Source of the DNA: Micromonas sp.
Lineage: Eukaryota
Assembly: GCA_000090985.2 (NCBI GenBank)
Contig: CP001325.1
Coordinates: 371,041 to 403,040, forward strand
Direction: 5' to 3'
Length of the DNA: 32,000 bases
The notes under the pieces: model-generated
Told to the model about the DNA's origin: nothing
Databases searched by the model: none
What the model saw: the letters and a program-made list of their open reading frames with translations, nothing else
Shown here: positions 9,626 through 19,261 of the stretch, one piece after another
How positions within the stretch are numbered: position 1 is the first letter of the stretch
Layout of the letters: the number at the start of each line of letters is the position of its first letter
Program-made: the position numbers and the translations under genes

Positions 9626-10582
9626 TCAGCGACGGATGAACCGGCCGAACCTCATCCACGCCCACGCCGCGGCACCCACGCCGGCTCCGCCCAGGTGAGC
9701 CGCGTGTCCGGTGCTCGACCCGCCCAGCCCCAACTGCGCGCCGTACAGGTCCCGCGACAGGAACAACGCCGCGAAGAGCCAGTTGGGCATCGGGATGAAA
9801 AAGTTGAGATAAATCGTGTTCGTCGGGAACACCAGCGCGTTCAGCAGCACGATCGCGTTTACCGCGCCGCTCGCGCCGAGCGCCGGCGGCGTCGTCAGGT
9901 ACCCCGCGGTGTTCTCCATCCATCGACCGGCGCGCTGCGAGATGAACCCCCGACGCCTGGACTGCCGTCGCTCCCGCTCCCACCGACACCACGCCACGTG
10001 CGTGACGCTCGCGGCGACGCCGCCTGCGAGGTAGAGATTCAGCAGGTACTTTGGCCCGAATATGCGCGACAGGTCCCGCCCGAAGTAGTACAGCGCCAGC
10101 ATGTTGGCGCCGAGGTGCCCGAGGTTGTAGTGCGAGAACGCGGACGTGACGATGGTGTGCACCCGACCGGCGTACACGGACTCCTCGCTGACGAGGAAGT
10201 TTTGCTGCATTAGCCTCGGATCGAGGGCGTGCCAACAGGCGAACACGAAGGCGTTGGCGCCCATGATGCTCCACAGCATCCGCTCGCCCTCCATGTTCGG
10301 CAGCGCGGGTGGCGCGCGGCGGTAGTTATTCGGCGGCGGGGGCCTGTAGTCGTTCCTGTAGTAGCCGAAGCGTCGCGAACGACTGGGCGCGCCGTGGCGG
10401 AGGAGGCTCCCGCCGTCCTTGAAGCATCGCAAGTCTCGCGCGACGACGCTGGGCGCTGACGCGGACGCCACCGCGCCCGATCTGAGGGCGGCGGCGGCGG
10501 AAGAGGATACGTGCGCAGATCCAGCGGAGGTCGCCATGCCAGCGGCCGCGCCGGACAGTCGCCTCGCCGCGTTCCTCCACAT
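9626..10582 (-). CDS. Rhomboid-family intramembrane serine protease, PARL/RBL12-like, with a mitochondrial-type presequence
   Basis: The track start at 10600 is GTG; the first real ATG is at 10582..10580 (MWRNAARRL...). Rhomboid motifs are present: TSAFSHYNLGHLGANM (H..xN), GASGAVNAIV (catalytic GxSG) and AHLGGAGVG (catalytic His). Confidence 0.85.
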   Translation of the reverse strand: MWRNAARRLSGAAAGMATSAGSAHVSSSAAAALRSGAVASASAPSVVARDLRCFKDGGSLLRHGAPSRSRRFGYYRNDYRPPPPNNYRRAPPALPNMEGERMLWSIMGANAFVFACWHALDPRLMQQNFLVSEESVYAGRVHTIVTSAFSHYNLGHLGANMLALYYFGRDLSRIFGPKYLLNLYLAGGVAASVTHVAWCRWERERRQSRRRGFISQRAGRWMENTAGYLTTPPALGASGAVNAIVLLNALVFPTNTIYLNFFIPMPNWLFAALFLSRDLYGAQLGLGGSSTGHAAHLGGAGVGAAAWAWMRFGRFIRR

Positions 10583-10869
10583 CGCGTAGTGCTCGAGCAC
10601 AGTGACGACGTTTGAAGGCTCGAGTCCTCCAACTGCTCGACTGCGCGGTTATTGTCCGTAATTGAGGAAAACGAGGCAGCGCGCGACAAGTGAGGAACTC
10701 GGGACCCATACAGCAATTGGCTTCCAGTGGCTATTTAGTCTGACTCGTTTGCCAAAATTGACGTGTATATATTGCTACGAATCGCTGTGTACGCCAACAC
10801 AGTCACGAATGGTAAAATCATTCGGCACTCTTCCCCCGGCTGAACGGTCGGGCGAGTATCATCCTAGAC

Positions 10870-10941
10870 GGGACATTGGTCTAGGGGTATGATACCTCTT
10901 TCGGGTAGAGGTGGTCGAGGGTTCGATTCCCTCATGTCCCC
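10870..10941 (+). tRNA. tRNA-Pro (anticodon CGG), 72 nt, no intron
   Basis: GGGACAT TG GTCTAGGGGTATGAT A CCTCT TTCGGGT AGAGG TGGTC GAGGG TTCGATT CCCTC ATGTCCC C. The 7-bp acceptor stem is perfect and A and B boxes are present. The anticodon loop is TT-CGG-GT. Confidence 0.92.
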
Positions 10942-10948
10942 AATATAC

Positions 10949-10960
10949 TTTTTGGTTTTT
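10949..10960 (+). terminator. Pol III terminator: two T5 runs (tttttggttttt) 8 nt after tRNA-Pro(CGG)
   Basis: Read directly. Confidence 0.65.
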
Positions 10961-11225
10961 GGTGCCCGGGTCCAAGGCGCGCGGCGACCGCCGACGCGAC
11001 CCGTGAAACGCGTCCCCACGCGAAGGGAACGCGCGTTCACTACACGTCGTTCGCCGACGGTCTCGAGCGGGGCACGCGCCGTCGGCGGCGAAGGCGCGAC
11101 GAGTCTTCAATACCAGTATGTCGCTTTTTACCCACAAAAAAAATTATTATTCCCCAAGAAGTCCTCTGGACCTCCTTCGCACTCGTCTCGTCCGCGACGA
11201 CCCCGTCGCGCGGTTTCTCTCTCGA

Positions 11226-12033
11226 TCAATCCAGGTCATTCTGCGGGTGCTGGTGCGGCGCGCGCCTCTTCCTCGCCGAGCTCCGTCTGGGCGGCAGCTG
11301 CGCCCCGAGGCCCACGCCCCCTCTCGGAGCGCCCGCGTCGTCGCCCCCATCCTCCCCCGCGTCGACATCCATCGACGCAACCTCGGCAACCGCCGGGGAG
11401 GTTGGATCCGCCGCCGGGGAGGTTGGACCCGCCGCCGGCTCGGAAACCATCGGGTCGGGAGCCGCCGGGGAGGTTGGACCCGCCGGGTCGACGACGGGGA
11501 CGGCGGGGACCGGCTCGGTCGCGGCGGCGGCGGGAGCGGCGGCGCCTTCAAAGGGGAGGAGCGTGAAGCCTCCGCCGGGGGTGGGCACGAGCCTCAGCCG
11601 CGTCTGCCCGGTCTGTCTCACCTCCTGGTTGTTCTGCAAGTTATCCACGAGGTTGGATATGACGCTCTGGAACAGCTCCTGCGCGCCGTTCGCGCCCCCC
11701 GCCTGCTGCTGACCGGCCTGACCCTGCGCCGCCGCGCCAACCCCCGCCTGGCCCTGCTGCATGAACCTCTGCAGCATCTGCAACACCTCGGGCGGCGCGT
11801 TGTTGACCGGAGCCTGCTGCCCCTGACCCTGCGACTGGCCCTGGCCCTGAGCGTTACCACCGATGGGTAGGTTGACCTCCCACCGGTGAACGGTGACGCG
11901 ATGTTGCGGAGCCTGAGCCTGGGCATGTTGCGGAGCCTGAGCCTGGGCCTGCTGCTGAGCCTGAGCCTGGGCATGTTGCGGAGCCTGAGCCTGGGCATGT
12001 GCCGCCTGAGCCGGATGGTTCTGCTGCTGCTGC

Positions 12034-12073
<40 letters not shown>

Positions 12074-13662
12074 GCTGACCCCTTCCGCGGTGAAAGATGT
12101 TGTTGAACAGCGCGCCGACGAGACCGTGAATCGGTCCGTGCCCACCCTGCCCCTGATCCCGGCCTTGCGCCCGGTCTTGACCCTGGGCCGGAGCGGGAGC
12201 GGCGGCGGGAGCGGCGGCGGGAGCGGCGGCGGGAGCGGTGGGCTGCGCGTCAGCCGCCGGCGTGGGGTTGGGCCTCCTGCGAAGGAACCCCCGACGGATC
12301 GGATTGAACCCGGTCGCCTCACCCGCCGTCCGATCATCAGAGCCCGCGCGATCATCCGAGCCCGCGCCCGCGCCCGCGCCCGAGGAAAAGTCGGCGAAAG
12401 TCGGCGAGTCGAACGCCGCTCGCAAGCGATCCCGCGTGCGCCGGAGGATATCCGGGACCTGCGGGTGGTTCACCAACGACGTCGACTCGACTAAACCGAT
12501 GAGCTCGTTCTGGTGCCTCCGCAAAATTTCAAGCGTCTCGGTGTGGGTGCGCGCGACCCCTTCTTGCCGCTGCAGAAGTTGCTGCAACTGCGCGGGCTGA
12601 ATCGTGGCCACGTTCGCCGGTATCTCCGGTGGGTGGTTGTTCGCCCGTTCGCGGTCCATCGCGGCGCGTCGTTCGTCGCGGTGCCGTTGCAGCATGTCCC
12701 TGAGCCGTTCCGCTTCCTGACGAGCCGGAAGGGCGCCCGACTCGATGCGCTGCTGCAATATTTGGGTCAGCATATCCGTCAGTTCGCCGTTGGCCTGCGA
12801 CACGGCGGTGACGCTGCTCTGCACGCGGTCGGCCATCGACTCGGCCGACCGCATCATGCCGTCAAGCGCCTGGTCGATCATGTTGGCCATGAACGCCTCG
12901 ACGCCGCCGCCGGGGACGTTAGCCTCGGCGTTTGCGTCGCCCATGGTCGCGGGCATGGGCCTTCCCGCGGCGACGTTGACGCTCATCCGTTGCGCCCGCG
13001 CGTTAACGCCGTTGGCCACCGCTTCGGCGAAGGACGCGGGCATCTGCACGCCGGGCATGTTGTGCAGGCCCGCCTGCTGGATGGAGGGTCGCATCGATAA
13101 ACCGCTGAGCGGCTGCGTGCCCCCGCGCGGGTCGAGGTACATCAGCGGCGGAGCCAGAAAACCCTGCACCGCCGCGAGGGTAGGCGCGAGAGCGTCGGTG
13201 ACGTCGCCACCGCCCGCCTGCTGCTGCTGCTGCTGCTGCTGCTGCGCTTGTTCGTGTTGCCTCGCAAAGTTGCTCATAAACGGCGGCGGTTCCGAGGCGG
13301 CGCCGTTGACGTGCACGCTCGAAATCAGCCGCGCCAGCTCCATCATCAGCGACCCGGCGCTGTGCAGCGTCATCGACGTTCGCAGCATCTCCGCCTGCGC
13401 GGACGCGGTGGACCCGTCGACGGCAGGCACGCTCCCGAGCTCTCCACCCGCGCGTCTTCTCGCCTCCACGTCGCGCATGGTACCCGCCGTCGCCGCCACC
13501 GCGGGCATGATCCTCGCCACGACGTCGGCGGAATCGGAGAGGAGTGTCGCGAGGTCCGTCACGGTGACCACCGGCGGGACGCGCCTCACCACCTGCACCG
13601 TCGGCGTCGACGCCGCCGGTGGCTGTCGTCCGTCGTTTTGTCCGGCGTTTTGTCCGGCGTTT

Positions 13663-13693
<31 letters not shown>

Positions 13694-14846
13694 CGGCTCC
13701 GAGGACGGCCGCCTCGCCGCCTCTCACCCTCCCGCGCGCCCTCGCCTCCACGAACGACGCCGGCGCGGACGTCGGCGGCGGGACGAGGCCGGGCAGCGGC
13801 AGCGCGAGCCTCGCGAACGGCGCCTGCGGCGGGGTCTCACCGCCCGCGCCGTGGCACGTCTCGCACAAGTCGTAATCAGCCTCCACGACGCTCTTGAACC
13901 GGACGCCCGTGATGGGCTGGACCCCGCACGCGTCGCACTGGACCCCCGCGTGCACGCACGTGTTCGTCGGTTCATCGCTCGAAAGAGCCTCCTCCCGCGC
14001 CGCGACGGGCGGCGCGTCGGCCTCGTCCGTCGACATAGCCGCCGAGTCGCGATCGCTGGACGCGGCGTCGACAGCTGTGTCGACGGCTGTGTCGACGGCT
14101 GTGTCGACGGCTGCGTCGGCGCCGCGTTCCCTCTCGAGTTCCGTCGCGAGCCGGCGCATGGACTCGACGTGCGCGGTGATGACGTCCACCGGGTTTGTGT
14201 ACGCCGCGCGCGTGCCGGGAAGGTCTCCCGATGCGCCCGCGCGAGCCGCTCGAGCCGCGGCGGCGGGATCGCCGGCGGATGCGCCGCCAGCTGTGCCGCC
14301 GGGTTGCCCCGCGCCCGGGGCTCCTTCGACGCGCCTGATCGTCGGCGCGCCTCCGTTGGGTCCCATCGTCAGCTCGAACGTGACGTTCCCGCCCTCGCCC
14401 AGGGACGAGAAATCGTTCGCCGTGGTCGTCGTGCCGTGGCCGTTTCTGCTGAGCACCGCGTTGACCACCTGCGAGATCTGCGCGGCGCCCGTGGAGCCGT
14501 GGGGGATGTGAACCTGGCCCATGTGCACCAGGTTGGGCGGCATCCCGACCGCGTTCGCGTTCGCGTTCCCCGTGCCGACGCCGACGCCCTGGGCGGCGCC
14601 CTCCGTCGCGGCGGGCGAGTCCGGCGGGCGCTGGACGAGCAAGATCGTGTCTCCGTCGGTGAGGCGCGCGCTGGAGACGCGCTGATCGTCCTTGAGCACG
14701 CGGCCGCGGTGGATGAGGCGCTGCGTCGCGGCGGGCACGCCGCAGACGGGCTCGATCATGCCTTTCAGCGTGAGGACGTCGACCTGAATGAGCCGTGGAG
14801 GGGAGTTGGATGACGCGTCAGGTTCGAGATCTACGGACGCTCGCAT
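11226..14846 (-). CDS. Large low-complexity protein with an N-terminal ubiquitin-like domain, a ZZ-type zinc finger and polyQ/Ala/Pro repeats. Overall BAG6/Scythe-like.
   Basis: The track ORF start at 15119 is TTG; the first in-frame ATG is at 14846..14844 (MRASVDLEP...). UBL: LIQVDVLTLKG..GVPAATQRLIHRGRVLKDDQRVSSARLTDGDTILLVQRPP. ZZ finger: CVHAGVQCDACGVQPITGVRFKSVVEADYDLCETCHG. The central helical segments resemble BAG6. The family call is tentative; the CDS itself is solid (GC3, length). Confidence 0.75.
11901..12077 (-). repeat. In-frame tandem repeats inside the BAG6-like CDS: a 24-nt unit x4+ (11901..12010, encoding AQAQAPQH repeats), followed by a (CAG)4 CGG (CAG)12 CGG CAG tract (12021..12077)
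   Basis: Units atgttgcggagcctgagcctgggc are at 11901, 11925 and 11973, with a variant at 11949. The CTG/CCG tract was counted directly. Confidence 0.9.
13218..13244 (-). repeat. (CAG)9 polyQ microsatellite in the BAG6-like CDS
   Basis: 27 nt of perfect ctg units on the plus strand, in frame. Confidence 0.9.
13635..13670 (-). repeat. 12-nt unit x3 (gttttgtccggc) encoding (GQNA)3
   Basis: Read directly. Confidence 0.9.
14067..14118 (-). repeat. 12-nt unit x4.3 (gtcgacggctgt) encoding (AVDT)n
   Basis: Read directly. The first unit has one substitution (acag for acgg). Confidence 0.9.
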
Positions 14847-15450
14847 GCGGGGCGAGGGAAAAGAAGCGTGGGAGGCGAAAAGGAAGGTTGTGGACGCGGG
14901 AGGAAGTGTGCAGGAGGCGCGCGGGCGGCGAGGGTGCGGGGGGCACGCACATCGCCGGCGACGGTCAGAGAGTGCTCTCCCGCGGGTTCCTGCTGCCGGA
15001 TCTTGATCGTGATCTCGGCTCGCGCCGCGCCTCCATCCGGACCCTCCATCGCGGGCGCCTCGGGTCCTCCGCGCGGATGTGTAGTCTAGTCTTCTGAACG
15101 GCCGAGGTGCTTTTCGCAAGCACGGGTGCCCTTCCCGCGAGTTCCTTTAGCCACCCCGCGTGAGCCGGTCGACGATGCGGCACCGAATGAAGTGTCGATG
15201 CGCGACCGAGGGGGATGTCGAGCCTGTGTGCCCGCGCCTCGCGTCGAGGCTGTGAGTTGACCGAACGCGCGGTCCTGGTGAAGAAACCTCACGGGGCGGG
15301 CGATATCGGATTTTTTCTTCCAAACTGTAGACAAGTCTATGGAAACGTGGTTAGAGAATGAGCAAGAGTTGTCATTAACCTTGGATTATTATCCACCTCT
15401 CGTCATGATGTCATGCGACGCGCAAGTCGTATTTTGCATTTACCTCTTTG

Positions 15451-18400
15451 CTACTTGTAGCCACCGTTACCCGGCCGCCTTGACTTCCTCTTGTCCTGTT
15501 CCCTGCCCTCTTTTATCAGGCCCAACGCCAGCTCCTCGGCCATATGCTTCGTCAGGATGACCGGGAATTCGTCCTTGCCGTCCCTGATTTTCTCTCTGAG
15601 GTCCTTGCCGAGCCAGTCCCGGAAGTTCGTGTCCCTCAAGATGCTGGAACGACCCCGTTGTATCGTCCCTATCTTCCCCGGCCTCGACCCCATCTGCCAG
15701 GGCACGAGCTTAACCTGGTGAGGAAGACCATCCGGTTTGCTGCTAAGGAAAGCAGTCGGATCTAGGGGCTGATCGCCCAACTCCTCGCGATACATTCTTC
15801 TCTCACCCGCACCCTCGCGAGGCTGGGCCCGAAACACGTCGAGCAAGATTTGGTGACCGTCGTCATTCTTCGAGACGTCGCACAAGAAGATCACCGTGTT
15901 TGGCGACGTGATCCATTTTTGGAAGACCAAGCCGCCATCACTGGCCATGCCGATAAGTTTTTTCGCGTACGCCTCGTCGATACCCTCCCTGCGCGAGACC
16001 CAAATCAAGCCGCCGTCGATGTCTTTCGGGAGCTCGTCGCCGCGCTCCCGATCGCCGCCGGCTCGCGGCTCCGACCACCCGCCGGGTCCACCGTGACCGC
16101 CGCCGCCGTCGCGAACGTTCCTGTTCCTGTCTCGATCGCCGGGTCGCACGTTCCGATCGCGTTTATCCGGCGGCGTCGGCGCGAGGTAAGGAGCGGTCGG
16201 CGGCGGCGGCGGCGGCCCCGGCGGCGGCCAGCTCGGAGGCGGTCCCCGCGGCATGTGCGCTCCCATCGAGGCCATCGACCCCATCGAACTTTGCCGCATG
16301 ATCGGCGGAGGCGCCGGCGGCGGAGGCGCCGGCGGCGGAGGCGCGGGCGGCGGAGGCGCGGGCGCCCACACCGGGTGGCGCGCCCCCTCCAGTAGCAGCG
16401 AACGCTTCCCCGTCTTGGGGTTCACCGGCCAATCCTTGTACTTTTCCTTCTGTCGCGCGTACGCCGCCGCCTCGGACTCAACCTCCGACTCGCGCCGCGC
16501 CCTCTCCGCGTCAGCCTTTGCCCGTTTCTCGCGTTCCTCCTTCTCCTTTCGCTGCTTCTCCACCGCGCTGCCCATCAGGTTCATGCGCGCCGCGTTATCC
16601 TTCTCGCGCTTCTGCCTCTCCATCATCTGCTTGAGCTGCATCTGACGAGCCTCGCGGTCCTTGCGAGCCTTCTCCTCGCGCTCGCGCTTCTCCTCGTACG
16701 CGCGCTCTCGCGCCGCCGCCTCCGCTCTGGCCTTTTGCGCCTGCTGCTCGCGAAGTTCGTCAGCCTTGGCGCGTACCTGCGCGTGAACGTCCAGCGCTCT
16801 CTGGTCCTCCAGCGCTCTCTGGTCCTCTCTGGAGCTCTCTGGAGCGCTCTCCGGTCGTCCTTGATCGGTTCCCGAGCGGACGACGTCGACGAACGACTTC
16901 TTCCGGATCTTCTTCTCGGGCTCGTATTCCTCCCCGTCGTCGCCGTCGGCGGCGCCCTCGTCGTCGCCGTCGTCGTCGCGCAGCAGGTCGACCCTTCGTC
17001 GCTTCTCCTTCTTGGTCGCCCCGTCGATGTCCATGGGCTCCGGCTCCGCGGACCCCTCCGCCTTCGGCTCCCCGGACCCTTCCGTCTTCAGCCGACGCTT
17101 CTCCGCCACCGCCGCGAGCGCCGCCGCCGCCGCCCCGCCGCCGCCGCCCCCCGACGCGTCCATGGATCCTCGCGCGATTCTCGCCGCACCCGTCGCGCCC
17201 ACCCTGGGCACCGGCGGGTCCCCGGGCGAGAACACCTCCGCGTTTGAACGCATCCACGGCCCGCGGTCCTCGAGCGCGACGTTGTTCCAGTCGGCGTCGT
17301 ACTTGCGCTTGGCGATCACGGCGCACACGTCGTCCCCGTCCCGCAGGGCACCCCTCGACGGCGGCTTACGAGAATCCCTCGCTCGAACCAGGCACGCGCC
17401 GGGGACGCCGTCGGGGGAGACGTAGAGATCGTCCAGTCTCCGTTCCACCACCCTCTCCGTCAGGAACAGCTGGCGCGCGTCCGCAGCCTCCTCGGTGGCG
17501 AACGTGAGGTCGCCGTCCTCCTGCCACCCCGGCATCTTTCGCACCGGCCCGCCCTTGCCCAGGTGGTACGTCTCCCGGAGCTGCCGCCGGGTGAGCACCA
17601 TGCGGCCCGAAACCGTCGCGACGCCCTCGGCGCTCTCCCACGCCTCCGCGAGCATCAACAAGCATTCGTCGTTGAACCTGAGCACCGCGCCGGGGATGCA
17701 CATGACCCACCCCGTCGGCGACGTCACCGCGGGCGGTGGGCTTCCCTCCGGAGCCCCGCGCACGAGCACGAACGCGTACGCGGCGGCGTCTTCGGGGACG
17801 CGTTCCGAACCCGGCTTGCGCCTGCCGGGGACGCCCGACGTCACCTTGTTCGCCGCGATCGCCTCCGCCGTGGGCCAGCCCCATCGCATGCGACGAAGCA
17901 GCTGCTTGTCGACGGGCGCGCCCTCCGCCGCCGCCGCCGCGGGAGGCGCCGCGGGAGGCGCGGGGCGCTCGGCCGGGAGCGACCTCGACTTTGACCGCTC
18001 GAGCGATTTGGATTTTACCTTACCCGCCGAAGGTTCCGTCGACGCGGACTTTGACCGCTCGAGCGATTTGGACCTCACATTATCCGTCGACGGTTTCGGT
18101 TGCGTAGCCGCCTTCTTGGGGTCCGAATACTTCGCCACGAGGTCCTCGTCGCTCAGCTTTCCCCGATCCTCCTCCCTCTCCAGGTACCGCGTCACCGCCA
18201 CGATGGAGCGAAGCTGCGCCACGTGGGTTCCCGGCGCGTGAAACCCCTTGTCGTCCACGTCCCTGAACCACCGCCGCGTCTTGGTGTCCTGGTGAAACAG
18301 CCGGAACGATTTGTCCGCTTGTCCGCTCTCGTCGCCGCGGGGCAGGAAGCACACCCACACGTCCCCGCCCAGGACCCGGCCGCCAACCTCCTTGTGAAAG

Positions 18401-19065
18401 TCTTTCGGGAACTTTTCGTCGCGGTCGTCGTTGGGGACGGGAGCGTTCGGGTCGATGTCGCGCGGGCGCCGTCCTCCCCGGGGCTTCTTCTTCGGCTTGA
18501 CGGGCGACGTCGGGTCCGCGGGGGCGTCGTCGTCGTCGGACGAACCGTCCTCGTCGCCGTCGTCGTCCTCGCCGTCGTCGTCCCCGCCGTCCTCGCCGTC
18601 CCCGTACTCAAAGTCGCTGTCGTCGTCGACGAGCCTCGTCGATCGCTGGCGCCGGGGCCGGGCGGACGCGCCGGCGGCGGTCGGTTCAACGGGGTCGGCG
18701 GCGTCCGATGATTTGCGGCGTCCTCCTTTGGCCGGGACGTACGTGTCCTCCGTGGGGGTCTCGCCGAGGCCCGCGAGATCGAGATCGTCGAACCGTAGCG
18801 CCCATCGCTGCTCGAGGAACTTCTCCTGGGGGTTGGCGCACCAGAAGATCGCCTTCGCCTGCTTTTTCTGTTGCGCGGTGCCCCCGACGATGACGTTCGT
18901 GACACCCGACCGCTCCGCGCCCGTACTCGGGTATCGTCGCCCCGCATCCTTTGTCGCCTGGATCAAATCCGTCACCACGAGCCCGTCCTCGCCCGCGTCG
19001 CGAAGAACCTGGAGAATGAGATGGCCCAGCGCGCCCTCGCCGTAGGGCGGGACGATCTTCCCCAT
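15451..19065 (-). CDS. Large (about 1204 aa) nuclear/chromatin-type protein. It has an N-terminal winged-helix (HARE-HTH/H15-like) segment, acidic tracts, a BAH-like domain, a Glu/Arg/Lys coiled coil, (APPPP)n and a conserved-looking C-terminal globular region.
   Basis: Track ORF 15451..19707 is open for 1418 codons. Codons upstream of the ATG at 19065..19063 cross a low-GC3 stretch and then run antisense to the IQ gene, so I start at MGKIVPPYGEGALGHLILQVLRDAGEDGLVVTDLIQATKDAG. The BAH-like block is LLMLAEAWESAEG...VSGRMVLTRRQL......RQLFLTERVVERRLDDL....G.CLV. The domain names are tentative. Confidence 0.75.
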   Translation of the reverse strand: MGKIVPPYGEGALGHLILQVLRDAGEDGLVVTDLIQATKDAGRRYPSTGAERSGVTNVIVGGTAQQKKQAKAIFWCANPQEKFLEQRWALRFDDLDLAGLGETPTEDTYVPAKGGRRKSSDAADPVEPTAAGASARPRRQRSTRLVDDDSDFEYGDGEDGGDDDGEDDDGDEDGSSDDDDAPADPTSPVKPKKKPRGGRRPRDIDPNAPVPNDDRDEKFPKDFHKEVGGRVLGGDVWVCFLPRGDESGQADKSFRLFHQDTKTRRWFRDVDDKGFHAPGTHVAQLRSIVAVTRYLEREEDRGKLSDEDLVAKYSDPKKAATQPKPSTDNVRSKSLERSKSASTEPSAGKVKSKSLERSKSRSLPAERPAPPAAPPAAAAAEGAPVDKQLLRRMRWGWPTAEAIAANKVTSGVPGRRKPGSERVPEDAAAYAFVLVRGAPEGSPPPAVTSPTGWVMCIPGAVLRFNDECLLMLAEAWESAEGVATVSGRMVLTRRQLRETYHLGKGGPVRKMPGWQEDGDLTFATEEAADARQLFLTERVVERRLDDLYVSPDGVPGACLVRARDSRKPPSRGALRDGDDVCAVIAKRKYDADWNNVALEDRGPWMRSNAEVFSPGDPPVPRVGATGAARIARGSMDASGGGGGGAAAAALAAVAEKRRLKTEGSGEPKAEGSAEPEPMDIDGATKKEKRRRVDLLRDDDGDDEGAADGDDGEEYEPEKKIRKKSFVDVVRSGTDQGRPESAPESSREDQRALEDQRALDVHAQVRAKADELREQQAQKARAEAAARERAYEEKREREEKARKDREARQMQLKQMMERQKREKDNAARMNLMGSAVEKQRKEKEEREKRAKADAERARRESEVESEAAAYARQKEKYKDWPVNPKTGKRSLLLEGARHPVWAPAPPPPAPPPPAPPPPAPPPIMRQSSMGSMASMGAHMPRGPPPSWPPPGPPPPPPTAPYLAPTPPDKRDRNVRPGDRDRNRNVRDGGGGHGGPGGWSEPRAGGDRERGDELPKDIDGGLIWVSRREGIDEAYAKKLIGMASDGGLVFQKWITSPNTVIFLCDVSKNDDGHQILLDVFRAQPREGAGERRMYREELGDQPLDPTAFLSSKPDGLPHQVKLVPWQMGSRPGKIGTIQRGRSSILRDTNFRDWLGKDLREKIRDGKDEFPVILTKHMAEELALGLIKEGREQDKRKSRRPGNGGYK
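16304..16363 (-). repeat. 15-nt unit x4 (ggcggaggcgc[cg]ggc) encoding (APPPP)4
   Basis: Read directly. A perfect 18-nt x2 repeat (ccagcgctctctggtcct, EDQRAL x2) lies at 16791..16826 in the same CDS. Confidence 0.9.
17987..18072 (-). repeat. 60-nt (20-codon) in-frame duplication with identical 26-nt cores (gactttgaccgctcgagcgatttgga at 17987 and 18047), encoding SKSLERSKS
   Basis: Read directly. Confidence 0.9.
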
Positions 19066-19261
19066 TATGCGTCTCACCGCGTGCCCCGATGCGTCCTCAG
19101 CGCTCTGCCCACTCTGCGCCTCTCTCGGTGCCTGAATTGACCTAGCTAAGCTACGAGTGCATAATTCCCCGGAGCTGGCGAGCTGACTTTCCCTCGCAGG
19201 CGGTCCATCAGTCGTCGCAGCGCGTGTTTGCCGTTGGAAACGCCGCTGGCGAGTGGGCGCG

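Noticed and set aside
11886-14118. Regularly spaced short repeats considered as a possible CRISPR-like array
   Set aside because: The units are contiguous tandem micro- and minisatellites of 12-24 nt without unique spacers. They are in frame inside a eukaryotic CDS.
12745-14813. Plus-strand ORFs 12745..13875 (376 aa) and 13248..14813 (521 aa)
   Set aside because: They are antisense to the UBL/ZZ gene, have low-complexity Ala/Arg/Ser composition and contain no motifs.
14847-15119. Upstream 91 codons of track ORF 11226..15119
   Set aside because: The track start is TTG, which is not an initiator in a eukaryote. The segment is Arg-rich with poor codon usage. The first ATG is at 14846.
15400-15425. 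Apparent palindrome cgtcatgatgtcatgcgacg downstream of the chromatin-gene stop
   Set aside because: Only the outer 4 nt are truly complementary, so it is not a convincing hairpin. The 6-bp hairpin gagatc-cgaa-gatctc near 21560..21577 is also too short to interpret.
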